Positions 18,761 to 26,668 of a stretch of DNA of 64,000 nt are shown one piece after another; the stretch's first letter is position 1; each line of letters opens with the position of its first letter. This DNA comes from a virus. The position numbers and the translations under genes are program-made. Where the stretch lies: the IMG/VR virus record IMGVR_UViG_3300031576_000019, positions 1 to 64,000 of that record. One strand, 5' to 3'. The notes under the pieces are model-generated. The model was not told the origin of the DNA. It did not search any database and saw only the letters and a program-made list of their open reading frames with translations.

Positions 18761-18805
18761 GGGCTGGACAGGCGCAGGGACATGGGTTCAATTCCCATCC
18801 AGCCT
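18761..18805 (+). ncRNA. tRNA minihelix-like element (acceptor stem plus T-arm only)
   Basis: GGGCTGG/CCAGCCT stem enclosing GGAC-ATGGG-TTCAATT-CCCAT. Confidence 0.5.
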
Positions 18806-18909
18806 TGTTGGCCGTGAGATAGATGGGCTGCAGACCGTATCTATCCTAGTCGCCTAATCAAACCCTTAGCACTCGCCGAATGAAACGCGGCGAGAAAGGA
18901 AAACACACC

Positions 18910-19332
18910 ATGAAAGCCAACATCACCGGGAACATCGGTTCATTAACGGAGCGCATCCTCCCGGACGGGCGCACCATCCTGAACGTACGCGTGAAAGAAA
19001 CTGGGGAACGCGGCGCTTGGTACACCGGTACCGCTGTGGGAGCGAAAGCAGCCGCTCTAGTCGTCCTTTTGAAGATCGGTGACTTTGTTCGGATCGGCCT
19101 CAACGGGCTGGAGGTCAAGCACTACGAAGGCACCGATGCCACAACCGGCGAGAAAATCGCCAAGACTGACCTGCAAGGCTTCGTTGGTTATGTGCGTGGC
19201 CTGAGCCGCAAACTGGCCGATGGGCAACGGGTAAAGAATCCGTACAACATCAACCTCTTCGCTACCCGCGATGAGGAAATGTTGCCGGAAGACGTTCTGG
19301 CCCCCGAAGCCGAAGTCGAAATCGCCCTGTAG
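18910..19332 (+). CDS. Divergent SSB-like OB-fold protein
   Basis: ITGNIG...WYTGTAVGAKA...LKIGDFVRI; acidic tail; AAAGGA RBS. Confidence 0.6.
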   Translation: MKANITGNIGSLTERILPDGRTILNVRVKETGERGAWYTGTAVGAKAAALVVLLKIGDFVRIGLNGLEVKHYEGTDATTGEKIAKTDLQGFVGYVRGLSRKLADGQRVKNPYNINLFATRDEEMLPEDVLAPEAEVEIAL

Positions 19333-19403
19333 GTATCCACCGCACAACCTGGCGAGAGCAGGGCCTAAACCACCCTGCTCTCCTCCAACTTGGAGGAAAC
19401 CTA

Positions 19404-19766
19404 ATGGCACGAGGTCGAGATCGTTTAATCCGCTCCTACCCTGTTCTGGAAGGGGCCAAAGAAGAGGACGTATCCGCTCTCAGAGTTGAAGTCAGTTACC
19501 GTATGGGTGGGACGAACTTCTTTCGCGGTGGCTGGGACCCACGCGGGTATGTAGTCGAAGCAGGCATATACACCCATCGTGACGGCATGACCCCCCATTG
19601 TCCCACCGACTGTGTGTACAAGTTCTTGGTTGAGGCCAAAGCCTTCAGCCCCAAGAAGCTGGCCAGCATTGTCCCGAGTGACGAAGACATTCAGGCCGTC
19701 GTCAAGTATGTCTTGGCCCGTCCAGCCCACAAAGATGTGAAATTGGGCGAACCAGTGAATATGTGA
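19404..19766 (+). CDS. Hypothetical protein
   Basis: 120 aa; RBS supplied by the palindrome at 19382. Confidence 0.65.
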   Translation: MARGRDRLIRSYPVLEGAKEEDVSALRVEVSYRMGGTNFFRGGWDPRGYVVEAGIYTHRDGMTPHCPTDCVYKFLVEAKAFSPKKLASIVPSDEDIQAVVKYVLARPAHKDVKLGEPVNM

Positions 19767-19770
19767 TCCC

Positions 19771-20034
19771 ATGATAGAAAATCTCCCCGGGTGTGCTGAA
19801 GCCAATCGGTTAGGCTATTCACTTCATCACTACGCTGGCAACGGTCAGTCGGCTAGTTATGTGAAGGACGGGATTTTCTTGGAGGTGTATAACGATGGCG
19901 ATACCGCGAAACTGACAGTTGCCATTGGCTTGATCAGCTTAAGCACTGGTGACTTCCAGTTTCCACATCCAAGGTTTGACATCTTTGAGAAAGTCATGAT
20001 CCGCTCGTATACAGCCATTCAGAATAGCATGTGA
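19771..20034 (+). CDS. Hypothetical protein
   Basis: 87 aa ORF in operon. Confidence 0.6.
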   Translation: MIENLPGCAEANRLGYSLHHYAGNGQSASYVKDGIFLEVYNDGDTAKLTVAIGLISLSTGDFQFPHPRFDIFEKVMIRSYTAIQNSM

Positions 20035-20060
20035 ATAATCTTTCACTCCTATGGTACAAT
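20031..20060 (+). promoter_or_regulatory. Operator plus extended -10 promoter of tmRNA
   Basis: GTGAATAATCTTTCAC-tcctaTGG-TACAAT, 22 nt before the tmRNA 5' end. Confidence 0.7.
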
Positions 20061-20082
20061 CTCGCCAGTACCTTTACAACTT

Positions 20083-20394
20083 GGGCGTGAATTTGGTCTC
20101 GACAGGATAGGCGGGAAGTGAATTGCAGGCGGAGAAGCGCAGACCTCCTAAAATCGGCGCAACCTTTCAAGTGCTGAAGCACCCATTGCGGTGGATTCCC
20201 TGTTTGGGTTCCGCCCCGGCCAACTGGCCGAAAGCCTGTTCGCAGGCGTCTCCGTGACCGCGTAAGTGTCCGGTGGTGGAAGTCGGTCATCCCCGAAACC
20301 GACACAGATGAAGACGCTGACGGCGTACCGTCTAAGCCTGTAGGAATTTGCTTCGCAAGTGTCTTGGACGCCGGATCGTTACCGGCCACGTCCA
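20083..20394 (+). ncRNA. ssrA: tmRNA
   Basis: 5' GGGCGTGAATTTGGTCTCGAC; 3' GGACGCCGG-ATCGTTA-CCGGCCACGTCCA; acceptor stem with G3-U; tag ORF 20173-20265 AEAPIAVDSLFGFRPGQLAESLFAGVSVTA*. Confidence 0.9.
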
Positions 20395-20752
20395 CAGTTA
20401 TCCCGGCCAGCGGTGCTTTCTCGTTAGACGTTAGCCACTGTCCTCCGTCCGGGATAGAAAGAGTAGTTGGGGTTATGGCGGGCCGCGTAGGTTTTGTCCA
20501 GCCGCCGCCCAGCCCGCCCCCATTATTACTAGACAAGTATCGGGTGGAATGGAAATAGACCTCCGTAATCGAGCACATCTGGCTGGCCCGATACTTGTCC
20601 GACTTTACGACAACCCTTTAGGGGCCTGGATTGCAGAGTAAACCGCCGATACACACCCATTGAGGTTGAGGCGCGATAGAAACTCTGAGGACGAAAGGCC
20701 CCACCAACTTCTTCTAGGATTGTGGAATACGTCAGGTTCTAAGAGGCCCAAG

Positions 20753-21046
20753 ATGAAAATCGGCGTGACGATTGATGAAGTCCGACAGCAAGGCACGCAG
20801 ACCGCTTATGTGCCCTCCCGTTTGCACGGTCATAACCTTGACTTGCAACACCCCGATGTGGAGTTTGGCTTTGTTACCAGTGTCAAGTCCATCGGCGCTT
20901 TCTGTCGCTTCTGGTCCAAATTTGTTCCTGACGAACTACGGACCACAGCAAACAGTGAGATGGCCCCATTTCACAGTCTGGCGCTCCATGAGGGTCATTC
21001 GGAAGAGGCAGTGGCCAAACAGTTGAAGAAAATTATGGGCGGTTAG
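20753..21046 (+). CDS. Phage hypothetical protein
   Basis: AYVP..HPDVEFGFVTSV..FCRFWSK..LRTTANSE; stop lies within the tRNA 5' end. Confidence 0.6.
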   Translation: MKIGVTIDEVRQQGTQTAYVPSRLHGHNLDLQHPDVEFGFVTSVKSIGAFCRFWSKFVPDELRTTANSEMAPFHSLALHEGHSEEAVAKQLKKIMGG

Positions 21047-21109
21047 TTCAGTTGGGAGAACGTCTGCGCTGCAAGCAGAATGTCGTGGGTTCGAGTCCCA
21101 CATCGTCCA
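21037..21109 (+). tRNA. tRNA-Ala (TGC)
   Basis: Cloverleaf: GGGCGGT/ATCGTCC with G3-U70; anticodon arm TCTGC-GCTGCAA-GCAGA; T-arm GTGGG-TTCGAGT-CCCAC; CCA not encoded. Confidence 0.85.
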
Positions 21110-21130
21110 CATGCTTACGAAGGTAGCAAA

Positions 21131-21560
21131 CTGTGTGCATTCATCCTGGAAGGACAGGACTGGCCAGATAAGTACAAGTATGCCTCGGTGGAGGTAATTG
21201 CCAGAGAGAATGATTCCCACCAATGCGGTGGGCCTCAGGAGATCAGCCGGAATCAAGCCCGGCCAATGCACACGACAGGTGCGGTCAAGAGTAAGACCGT
21301 AAATCGGCAGGCGCTAAACTGCCAGCCTGTCTTGACAGAGACAACCGCTCAAGCGTCCGGTATTAGGCGTTGGACGGGCCGACGCAGGCCATTTCATGTA
21401 AGCCCTGTCTCTGTCCTCCGAAATGCCAAAGGGCTCGTTTGCCCGGAGGCCTGGGATGTGGTGGGCCGCTTATAAATGGCCTAGCTGGACGAGGGTAATT
21501 GCCCCTGACAGTGAATAACTAGCCACCCTCACCCGCAACTGTGTGGCATCCCAGACAAAC
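21131..21560 (+). ncRNA. Candidate large structured ncRNA downstream of tRNA-Ala
   Basis: Long-range pairs GTGTGCATT/AATGCACAC and CTGGGATG/CATCCCAG plus many short hairpins; no convincing ORF. Confidence 0.55.
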
Positions 21561-21962
21561 TCTTTCCCGGTGTAACCGGTGACCATCATTCACGGAAGAT
21601 TTTATGGGCGCAAAATGAAACAAACCGCTTATGAATTGGCCGAAAGACTTCTACAAACTGAGAGAGAACGACACTCTCTCAACACGCAGGAGCGCAGGCT
21701 ACTCCTTTCGGCAGTGGACATGATTACTCGGGGCCTGGGTAAATGGATTTTTTGCCGTAGTGTCCTCCGTCAGGATCAACATCCTACGATGGTCTGGCAA
21801 CCACCCGATAGTAAGGTTCCAGACCAAGAGCAGGAATTCGAGAATAGGGTCACTTCCGAAATTCTTCATTGGACCTCTGATTGATAATCTTGGCGACCGC
21901 GCGCATTACACCTACACAGTCTAAAGAGTTTCTCCTGTCTCAACCTGATTTGCCCAAAATTG

Positions 21963-21990
21963 AAACACCCTCCAACTTGGAGGGTGTTTT
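21963..21990. terminator. Hairpin between convergent genes, built on the 15-bp palindrome
   Basis: AAACACCCTCCAA-C-TTGGAGGGTGTTTT. Confidence 0.6.
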
Positions 21991-21993
21991 ATA

Positions 21994-22650
21994 TTATTCG
22001 TCCGGGGCTTCTTCTCGTTCGTACTTGCGAGAACGGCGATTATAGCTCGGTGGATAATTTATTTGATCTCCATTTCGGTTTTGCGGAGCGCCGGCTGTCC
22101 TCCGTGCCTCATCCTCGGCCCATTCCAGCCAGTCTAATCTGCGTCGGAAGATGGCCTGAATGAGATCATTGAAGTGGTGTAGCATGGTCGCTACCGCCCA
22201 GGCCATCACCTCCTCTACCCCCACCACTCCGATACATACACCGTGCCCCAAAATCCACACCAGGCTCCAAGGCACGGCCTCGGCGTGTTCTACCCGCCAC
22301 TGACCGATATTCGTCATGGCATCCAGCGTCGCCGCCCCAGCCCAGACATACAACCAGCCCGTCCGGGGGCTCAGCGCCAGCGTAAACAGTCCGCGCCAGT
22401 TCTGGGACCCGGACAGATTGGTTGGTCGAGACTTGCTTCGCATCCATAGCGCGAAGTTTTGGCCAAACTGGATCACAATCCCAATTGGCCAGGCCATCTC
22501 GGCCACCGAAATCAGGTGGCTATAGTTGACCGTTTGTTCCAGTGACCACCAGCCCACAAAGGCTAGACACAGCGCGAAAGATGCGTATAGCACAGCATTG
22601 ATGAGGGCTGAACCAAAGTTCAGGGCGGGAAAGTCCAACTTCTTAGGCAT
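21994..22650 (-). CDS. Multi-pass membrane protein (antisense to the arm)
   Basis: About 4 hydrophobic segments; AAAGGA RBS. Confidence 0.7.
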   Translation of the reverse strand: MPKKLDFPALNFGSALINAVLYASFALCLAFVGWWSLEQTVNYSHLISVAEMAWPIGIVIQFGQNFALWMRSKSRPTNLSGSQNWRGLFTLALSPRTGWLYVWAGAATLDAMTNIGQWRVEHAEAVPWSLVWILGHGVCIGVVGVEEVMAWAVATMLHHFNDLIQAIFRRRLDWLEWAEDEARRTAGAPQNRNGDQINYPPSYNRRSRKYEREEAPDE

Positions 22651-22689
22651 CTTGGGTTTTCCTTTCTAGGCTCAGTTTACCACGAAAAA

Positions 22690-22719
22690 GTGAACAATGT
22701 TTCACTTTTCTGGTATAGT
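22690..22719 (+). promoter_or_regulatory. Operator plus extended -10 promoter
   Basis: GTGAACAATGTTTCAC-ttttcTGG-TATAGT. Confidence 0.65.
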
Positions 22720-22735
22720 CATCCCAGAGGTTAAT

Positions 22736-23122
22736 ATGAAAAAGATTTGGACTGATGACGAAATTGTAGAAGCCGTCTTGAGGGACGCCCGTCGGCAGGT
22801 AGAGGCAGGCCATTTTCTCGACATGCACGTCTATGGTGTAAGACCTCTCAATAGCGGTAAATATCGCCCATCATATAGAAAGAAGTCTCGTGTGTGCTTC
22901 GTTGGCGCCACCCTGTTAAGTCGCAGGTCAGTCGGGGGTAAATTCTACTTCCAGCACACTGTCTTCGCCGACATATTCGGCAAAGACGAAGAATGGGGCA
23001 TGGCCTTTCAGGACGCTGTTTTGAAAAGTCGTAAGAAGTCCCGGAGGGAAAACTATCTCTCCGGCTTCCAAGTTGGCGAAGCCTGTCTAAGGCAAGCCGA
23101 GTCTGAGAGCCTGTTGAAGTAG
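22736..23122 (+). CDS. Hypothetical protein (paralogue family with 24664 and 25086)
   Basis: VCFVGATLL...FGKDEEWGMAF...GFQVG. Confidence 0.6.
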   Translation: MKKIWTDDEIVEAVLRDARRQVEAGHFLDMHVYGVRPLNSGKYRPSYRKKSRVCFVGATLLSRRSVGGKFYFQHTVFADIFGKDEEWGMAFQDAVLKSRKKSRRENYLSGFQVGEACLRQAESESLLK

Positions 23123-23206
23123 TTGCTTTGCAGGTTCTTCCTCCAAGTTGGAGGGATTTACCAAGCCCCGCGCCTCCAAAATGGGCCGGGAAAGAAAGGA
23201 AACATT

Positions 23207-23632
23207 ATGTACCAATCGTTAACCCTTATCGGCAATCTCGGCAAGGACCCTGAGTTGCGCTTCACCCCCAGTGGTCAACAAGTATGTAACTTCTCGGTTG
23301 CCACTTCTGAAAAGTGGACGGGCCAGGATGGTCAGGCCCACGATAAGACCATCTGGTGGCGCGTGACCTGCTGGGGAAAGCAAGCTGAGAACGTCAACAC
23401 CTACCTCAAAAAAGGCAACCGGGTGCTGGTCGTTGGCCGGATAACCGGTGACGACAGTGGCAACCCACGCACCTTCACCCGTACCAATGGAGAGACAGGC
23501 TCCTCGTTTGAAGTGACGGCACAGACTATCAAATTCCTCACACCCAAGGGTGAGGGCGGTGCGGCCACCGTAACCCCCACTTCTACTGAAACAGCGGATA
23601 GCTGGGGCGGCGACGACACCCTTCCCTTCTAG
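23207..23632 (+). CDS. ssb: Single-stranded DNA-binding protein
   Basis: LIGNLGKDPELRFTPSGQQVCNFSVAT...YLKKG; C-terminal DDTLPF. Confidence 0.95.
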   Translation: MYQSLTLIGNLGKDPELRFTPSGQQVCNFSVATSEKWTGQDGQAHDKTIWWRVTCWGKQAENVNTYLKKGNRVLVVGRITGDDSGNPRTFTRTNGETGSSFEVTAQTIKFLTPKGEGGAATVTPTSTETADSWGGDDTLPF

Positions 23633-23753
23633 GACTCTCTGGGTGCCATGTTAAGCTCTGTGGCATGGTAAATGGTTTGACTTTGCCGCCCTCCTCTGGT
23701 CAGGTGAGACACAACTAAACCAGCTCAGTAGATTTAGATTGAAAGAGGATGCT

Positions 23754-24473
23754 ATGAACCCCACCTTAATAAGAATCCCAGCGGGCAGGCTTTTGATGGG
23801 GAGCAAGGCCACCAATTCTTTGGCGCAAGATAGTGAGAAGCCTCAGCACACGGTGGATCTTCCTGAGTATTTCATTGGCCGGACGCCGGTTACCAATGCC
23901 CAATACCGCGCGTTTGCCGAGGCCCATAAACCGGATTGGAAACCCAGCGCCGCTGATGACCACCCGGTCGTAAATGTCAGTTGGCATGAGGCGGTGGCGT
24001 ATTGCGATTGGTTGACACAGAAACTGCGGAAGAGCGGAGCATTGCCAGCGGATGGCACCGTGCGTTTGCCCACCGAGGCCGAATGGGAAAAAGCGGCGCG
24101 CGGTTCGGAGGGACTCATTTATCCGTGGGGCAATGACTTTGACCCGGCCAAATGCAACACCAGTGAAGGTGGCAAGGGCGGCACAACGCCCGTCGGCGCA
24201 TATTCCCCAGAGGGCGATAGCCCTTACGGGGTGGCGGATATGGTCGGGAACGTGTGGGAGTGGTATAGCAGTTTGTACAAGTCTTATCCCTACAAGCCGG
24301 ATGATGGTCGAGAAAACTTGAAAGCCGATGATAATGTCGCCCGTGTGCTGCGGGGCGGCGCGTTCTATGACGTTGACTGGTACGCGCGCTGTGCGTACCG
24401 CTACGGGAACTACCCGGGCTATCGTATCAGGTACCTCGGGTTTCGGGTGTGTGTAAGTAGGAGAAACAACTAG
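23754..24473 (+). CDS. FGE-sulfatase (SUMF1/C-lectin fold) domain protein
   Basis: PVTNAQY, HPVVNVSW, RLPTEAEWEKAARG, DMVGNVWEW, RVLRGG...GFR. Confidence 0.9.
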   Translation: MNPTLIRIPAGRLLMGSKATNSLAQDSEKPQHTVDLPEYFIGRTPVTNAQYRAFAEAHKPDWKPSAADDHPVVNVSWHEAVAYCDWLTQKLRKSGALPADGTVRLPTEAEWEKAARGSEGLIYPWGNDFDPAKCNTSEGGKGGTTPVGAYSPEGDSPYGVADMVGNVWEWYSSLYKSYPYKPDDGRENLKADDNVARVLRGGAFYDVDWYARCAYRYGNYPGYRIRYLGFRVCVSRRNN

Positions 24474-24663
24474 CAAAGATATCTGGGATGTCTGGACATC
24501 TTGCCCTAAAGGTAAGCACAAATGAACGTGAAACAACGACTAGAGATTCTGCGGGTGGCCGCGCATAAATGGCAGACAGATCGCCTCATCAAATACCTTT
24601 CTGGAAAGGTCAAATAACAATGACCCTCAGGTTGGGAATTTTTCAATGAATGGCAGGCCGAAC

Positions 24664-25089
24664 ATGACTCGAAATGAACTCAAGGCCCGTATCTGGCAGG
24701 CTATCACCGATGCTGAGAAGCTACACGTTCGGATTTTGCCGAACACCTTCAGCTTTGAACCAATCAACAATCGGGTAACTGCCAAGGGAAATCGGTGTTG
24801 TCCAATGACGGCCTGCGCCTTGGGTCAACCCGTTCAGCAAGCACCCGATGGCTACTGGATGATTGTGACTGCTATTCAGAATGCACTGGGAGTGGAATAC
24901 GCCTGGGTCATGGCTTTTACAAGCGGTTATGACAAGCCCGAAGAGACTCTTGAAGAAATGGACGAGAGATACACTGCTCAGCTCGATGCTCTCTTGCTCG
25001 GTCAAGAAATTCGTCACGAGATGGACGCGCGCGGTCTAGTCCCCGAACCCACTGTCCAGCCCAAAAAGAAAGCGAGAAAGAAGAAATGA
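24664..25089 (+). CDS. Hypothetical protein (paralogue family)
   Basis: CCPMTACAL...LGVEYAWVMAFTSGYD...LLGQEIR. Confidence 0.6.
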   Translation: MTRNELKARIWQAITDAEKLHVRILPNTFSFEPINNRVTAKGNRCCPMTACALGQPVQQAPDGYWMIVTAIQNALGVEYAWVMAFTSGYDKPEETLEEMDERYTAQLDALLLGQEIRHEMDARGLVPEPTVQPKKKARKKK

Positions 25090-25442
25090 ATCAAAAGCAA
25101 CGACTGGAAATCCTGCGCGTAGCGGTCAAGGCGACCCAGAAGAAGGGCATCCCCATTATAGAGGGTGGATTTGGGGTTTCCTTCCTAAGCAACGGTCGGG
25201 CTTATAAGAGGACAGAGACAGATGGTGTATGCCCCATCGGTGCGCTGTGCCTTCATTACCAGACCGGGATTATTGGTTATGGCGAGAATATGAAGATACT
25301 TCTTGGTCTGCGAACGGGCGAGGGTGACAACTTCTGCAAAACCTTTTATAGCGCCTTTGATGGGGATGACCAAGATGAAGATAGTTCGCTGCGAGCGTTT
25401 TGGCTGGGCAAGAAGCTAAGAAAAGAATTCATCAAAGCATAA
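25086..25442 (+). CDS. Hypothetical protein (paralogue family)
   Basis: VCPIGALCL...FYSAFDG...FWLGKKLR. Confidence 0.6.
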   Translation: MNQKQRLEILRVAVKATQKKGIPIIEGGFGVSFLSNGRAYKRTETDGVCPIGALCLHYQTGIIGYGENMKILLGLRTGEGDNFCKTFYSAFDGDDQDEDSSLRAFWLGKKLRKEFIKA

Positions 25443-25508
25443 TCCCTCCAAGTTGGAGGAAAACTAGTAACGGCAGGTATAGACCCTGCCGTTTTTGGAC
25501 TCTAGCCT

Positions 25509-26141
25509 ATGTCGACTATCCGCATCTCAAATGGTGGGGGCGCTTCGGCGCTCGTGTACTCCTACGCTATTTCAGTTGAGAAAGAAAAGTCGCCCATCAT
25601 TGTCTGGTTAGAGCTTGCCCCTGACCACCCCAAACAGATTGGCGCAATCTGGGCCTCACTCGTCGGGGGTGACAAAGAACTCATCCGCATCTGGGATGAA
25701 GACAAGGGTAAAACCTTTACCGCCACTGGCCTCAACCGACGGTACATCAAGATCACCGAGGAGGTTCCAACGGTCTATGCCCGCCCCCGCCCCCGCTTCA
25801 CTCGCTTGGTGGCCCCCGAGATGGTCAAGCCAGACGGAAACATTGGTAACAAGACCATGTACGTCGCTGAGTGGCGCGGCACAACCAAGAACGGGAAGTC
25901 AGTGTGCTTGCCACCCACCAAGGTCCTGGCCGCTCTGCTTGAGAACCACAGCATCTACCCAATCCGTTTGGATTGGGGCGAATATCTACTCGAACAGGCC
26001 ATTGAAGATGGACGAGCTATGCCGTTTCAGACAGGCGGGCCAGCTCCACAGGGATACACTATTTCTGCTGATACACCCTGGCGGGATTACATTGAGGCCG
26101 GCGTGAGGACTAGCTTCCTCCAACTTGGAGGTGAAAAATGA
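25509..26141 (+). CDS. Hypothetical protein upstream of MTase-helicase
   Basis: 210 aa ORF, ATGA-coupled to the HNH gene. Confidence 0.7.
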   Translation: MSTIRISNGGGASALVYSYAISVEKEKSPIIVWLELAPDHPKQIGAIWASLVGGDKELIRIWDEDKGKTFTATGLNRRYIKITEEVPTVYARPRPRFTRLVAPEMVKPDGNIGNKTMYVAEWRGTTKNGKSVCLPPTKVLAALLENHSIYPIRLDWGEYLLEQAIEDGRAMPFQTGGPAPQGYTISADTPWRDYIEAGVRTSFLQLGGEK

Positions 26142-26668
26142 GCGAAATATGGAAGCCCGTTCCGGGACACGAAAACAGATATGAAGCTTCAAGTTTTGGC
26201 AGAGTCCGTTCTCTTGTTTGTCGTAGCGGAAGACGAAAGAAACCTCTTGTGTTGCGCCCCTCAGTGTCAAAACTTGGGTACCTTAATCTCACAATAGTTC
26301 GCAACGGTTCTAAAGCCAATTCAACAGTCCACATTTTTGTTGCAACTGCTTTTCTTGGCCCTTGTCCAGTCGGGATGGAGGTGAATCACAAGGATGGCGA
26401 CAAGTCTAATAGTTGCCCTGACAATCTTGAATACCTCACACGAGGAGAAAATATCAAACATGCTTATCAGACTGGACTTCGGAAGCCTCTGCGAAGCGAG
26501 GATGTACACAAGGCAGTCCTGACATGGGAAAAGGTCCGCAAGATCCGTAGCCTGTTTGACACTGGCGAATTTTCGCAAAGCGAACTCGCTACTCAATTTG
26601 GGGTAGAAAGAACAACCATCGGTCAAGTAGTTCGTCATACGACTTGGCGAGAAAGGAGCCAAGGATGA
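26138..26668 (+). CDS. NUMOD4-HNH homing endonuclease
   Basis: EIWKPVPG..RYEASSFGRVRS; VHIFVATAF; VNHKDGDKSN..NLEY..EN; C-terminal HTH. Confidence 0.9.
   Translation: MSEIWKPVPGHENRYEASSFGRVRSLVCRSGRRKKPLVLRPSVSKLGYLNLTIVRNGSKANSTVHIFVATAFLGPCPVGMEVNHKDGDKSNSCPDNLEYLTRGENIKHAYQTGLRKPLRSEDVHKAVLTWEKVRKIRSLFDTGEFSQSELATQFGVERTTIGQVVRHTTWRERSQG

Noticed and set aside
19994-20578. 194-aa minus-strand ORF, and ORF 21080..21475
   Set aside because: They overlap tmRNA, tRNA and structured RNA, lack an RBS and have unnatural composition
20621-20702. Second hammerhead suggested by CTGAGGA..GAAA with GGGGCCT/AGGCCCC
   Set aside because: Only 1 nt between CTGAGGA and GAAA (no stem II), and the triplet would be CUG, violating NUH
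21205-21263. Third twister suggested by GCCGG-AATCAAGC-CCGGC and GATT
   Set aside because: No UAA cleavage strand or GA catalytic motif in the required positions; kept as part of the larger RNA candidate
23766-24536. 256-aa antisense ORF over the FGE gene and similar shadow ORFs
   Set aside because: Expected antisense shadows of GC-rich coding sequence with no motifs
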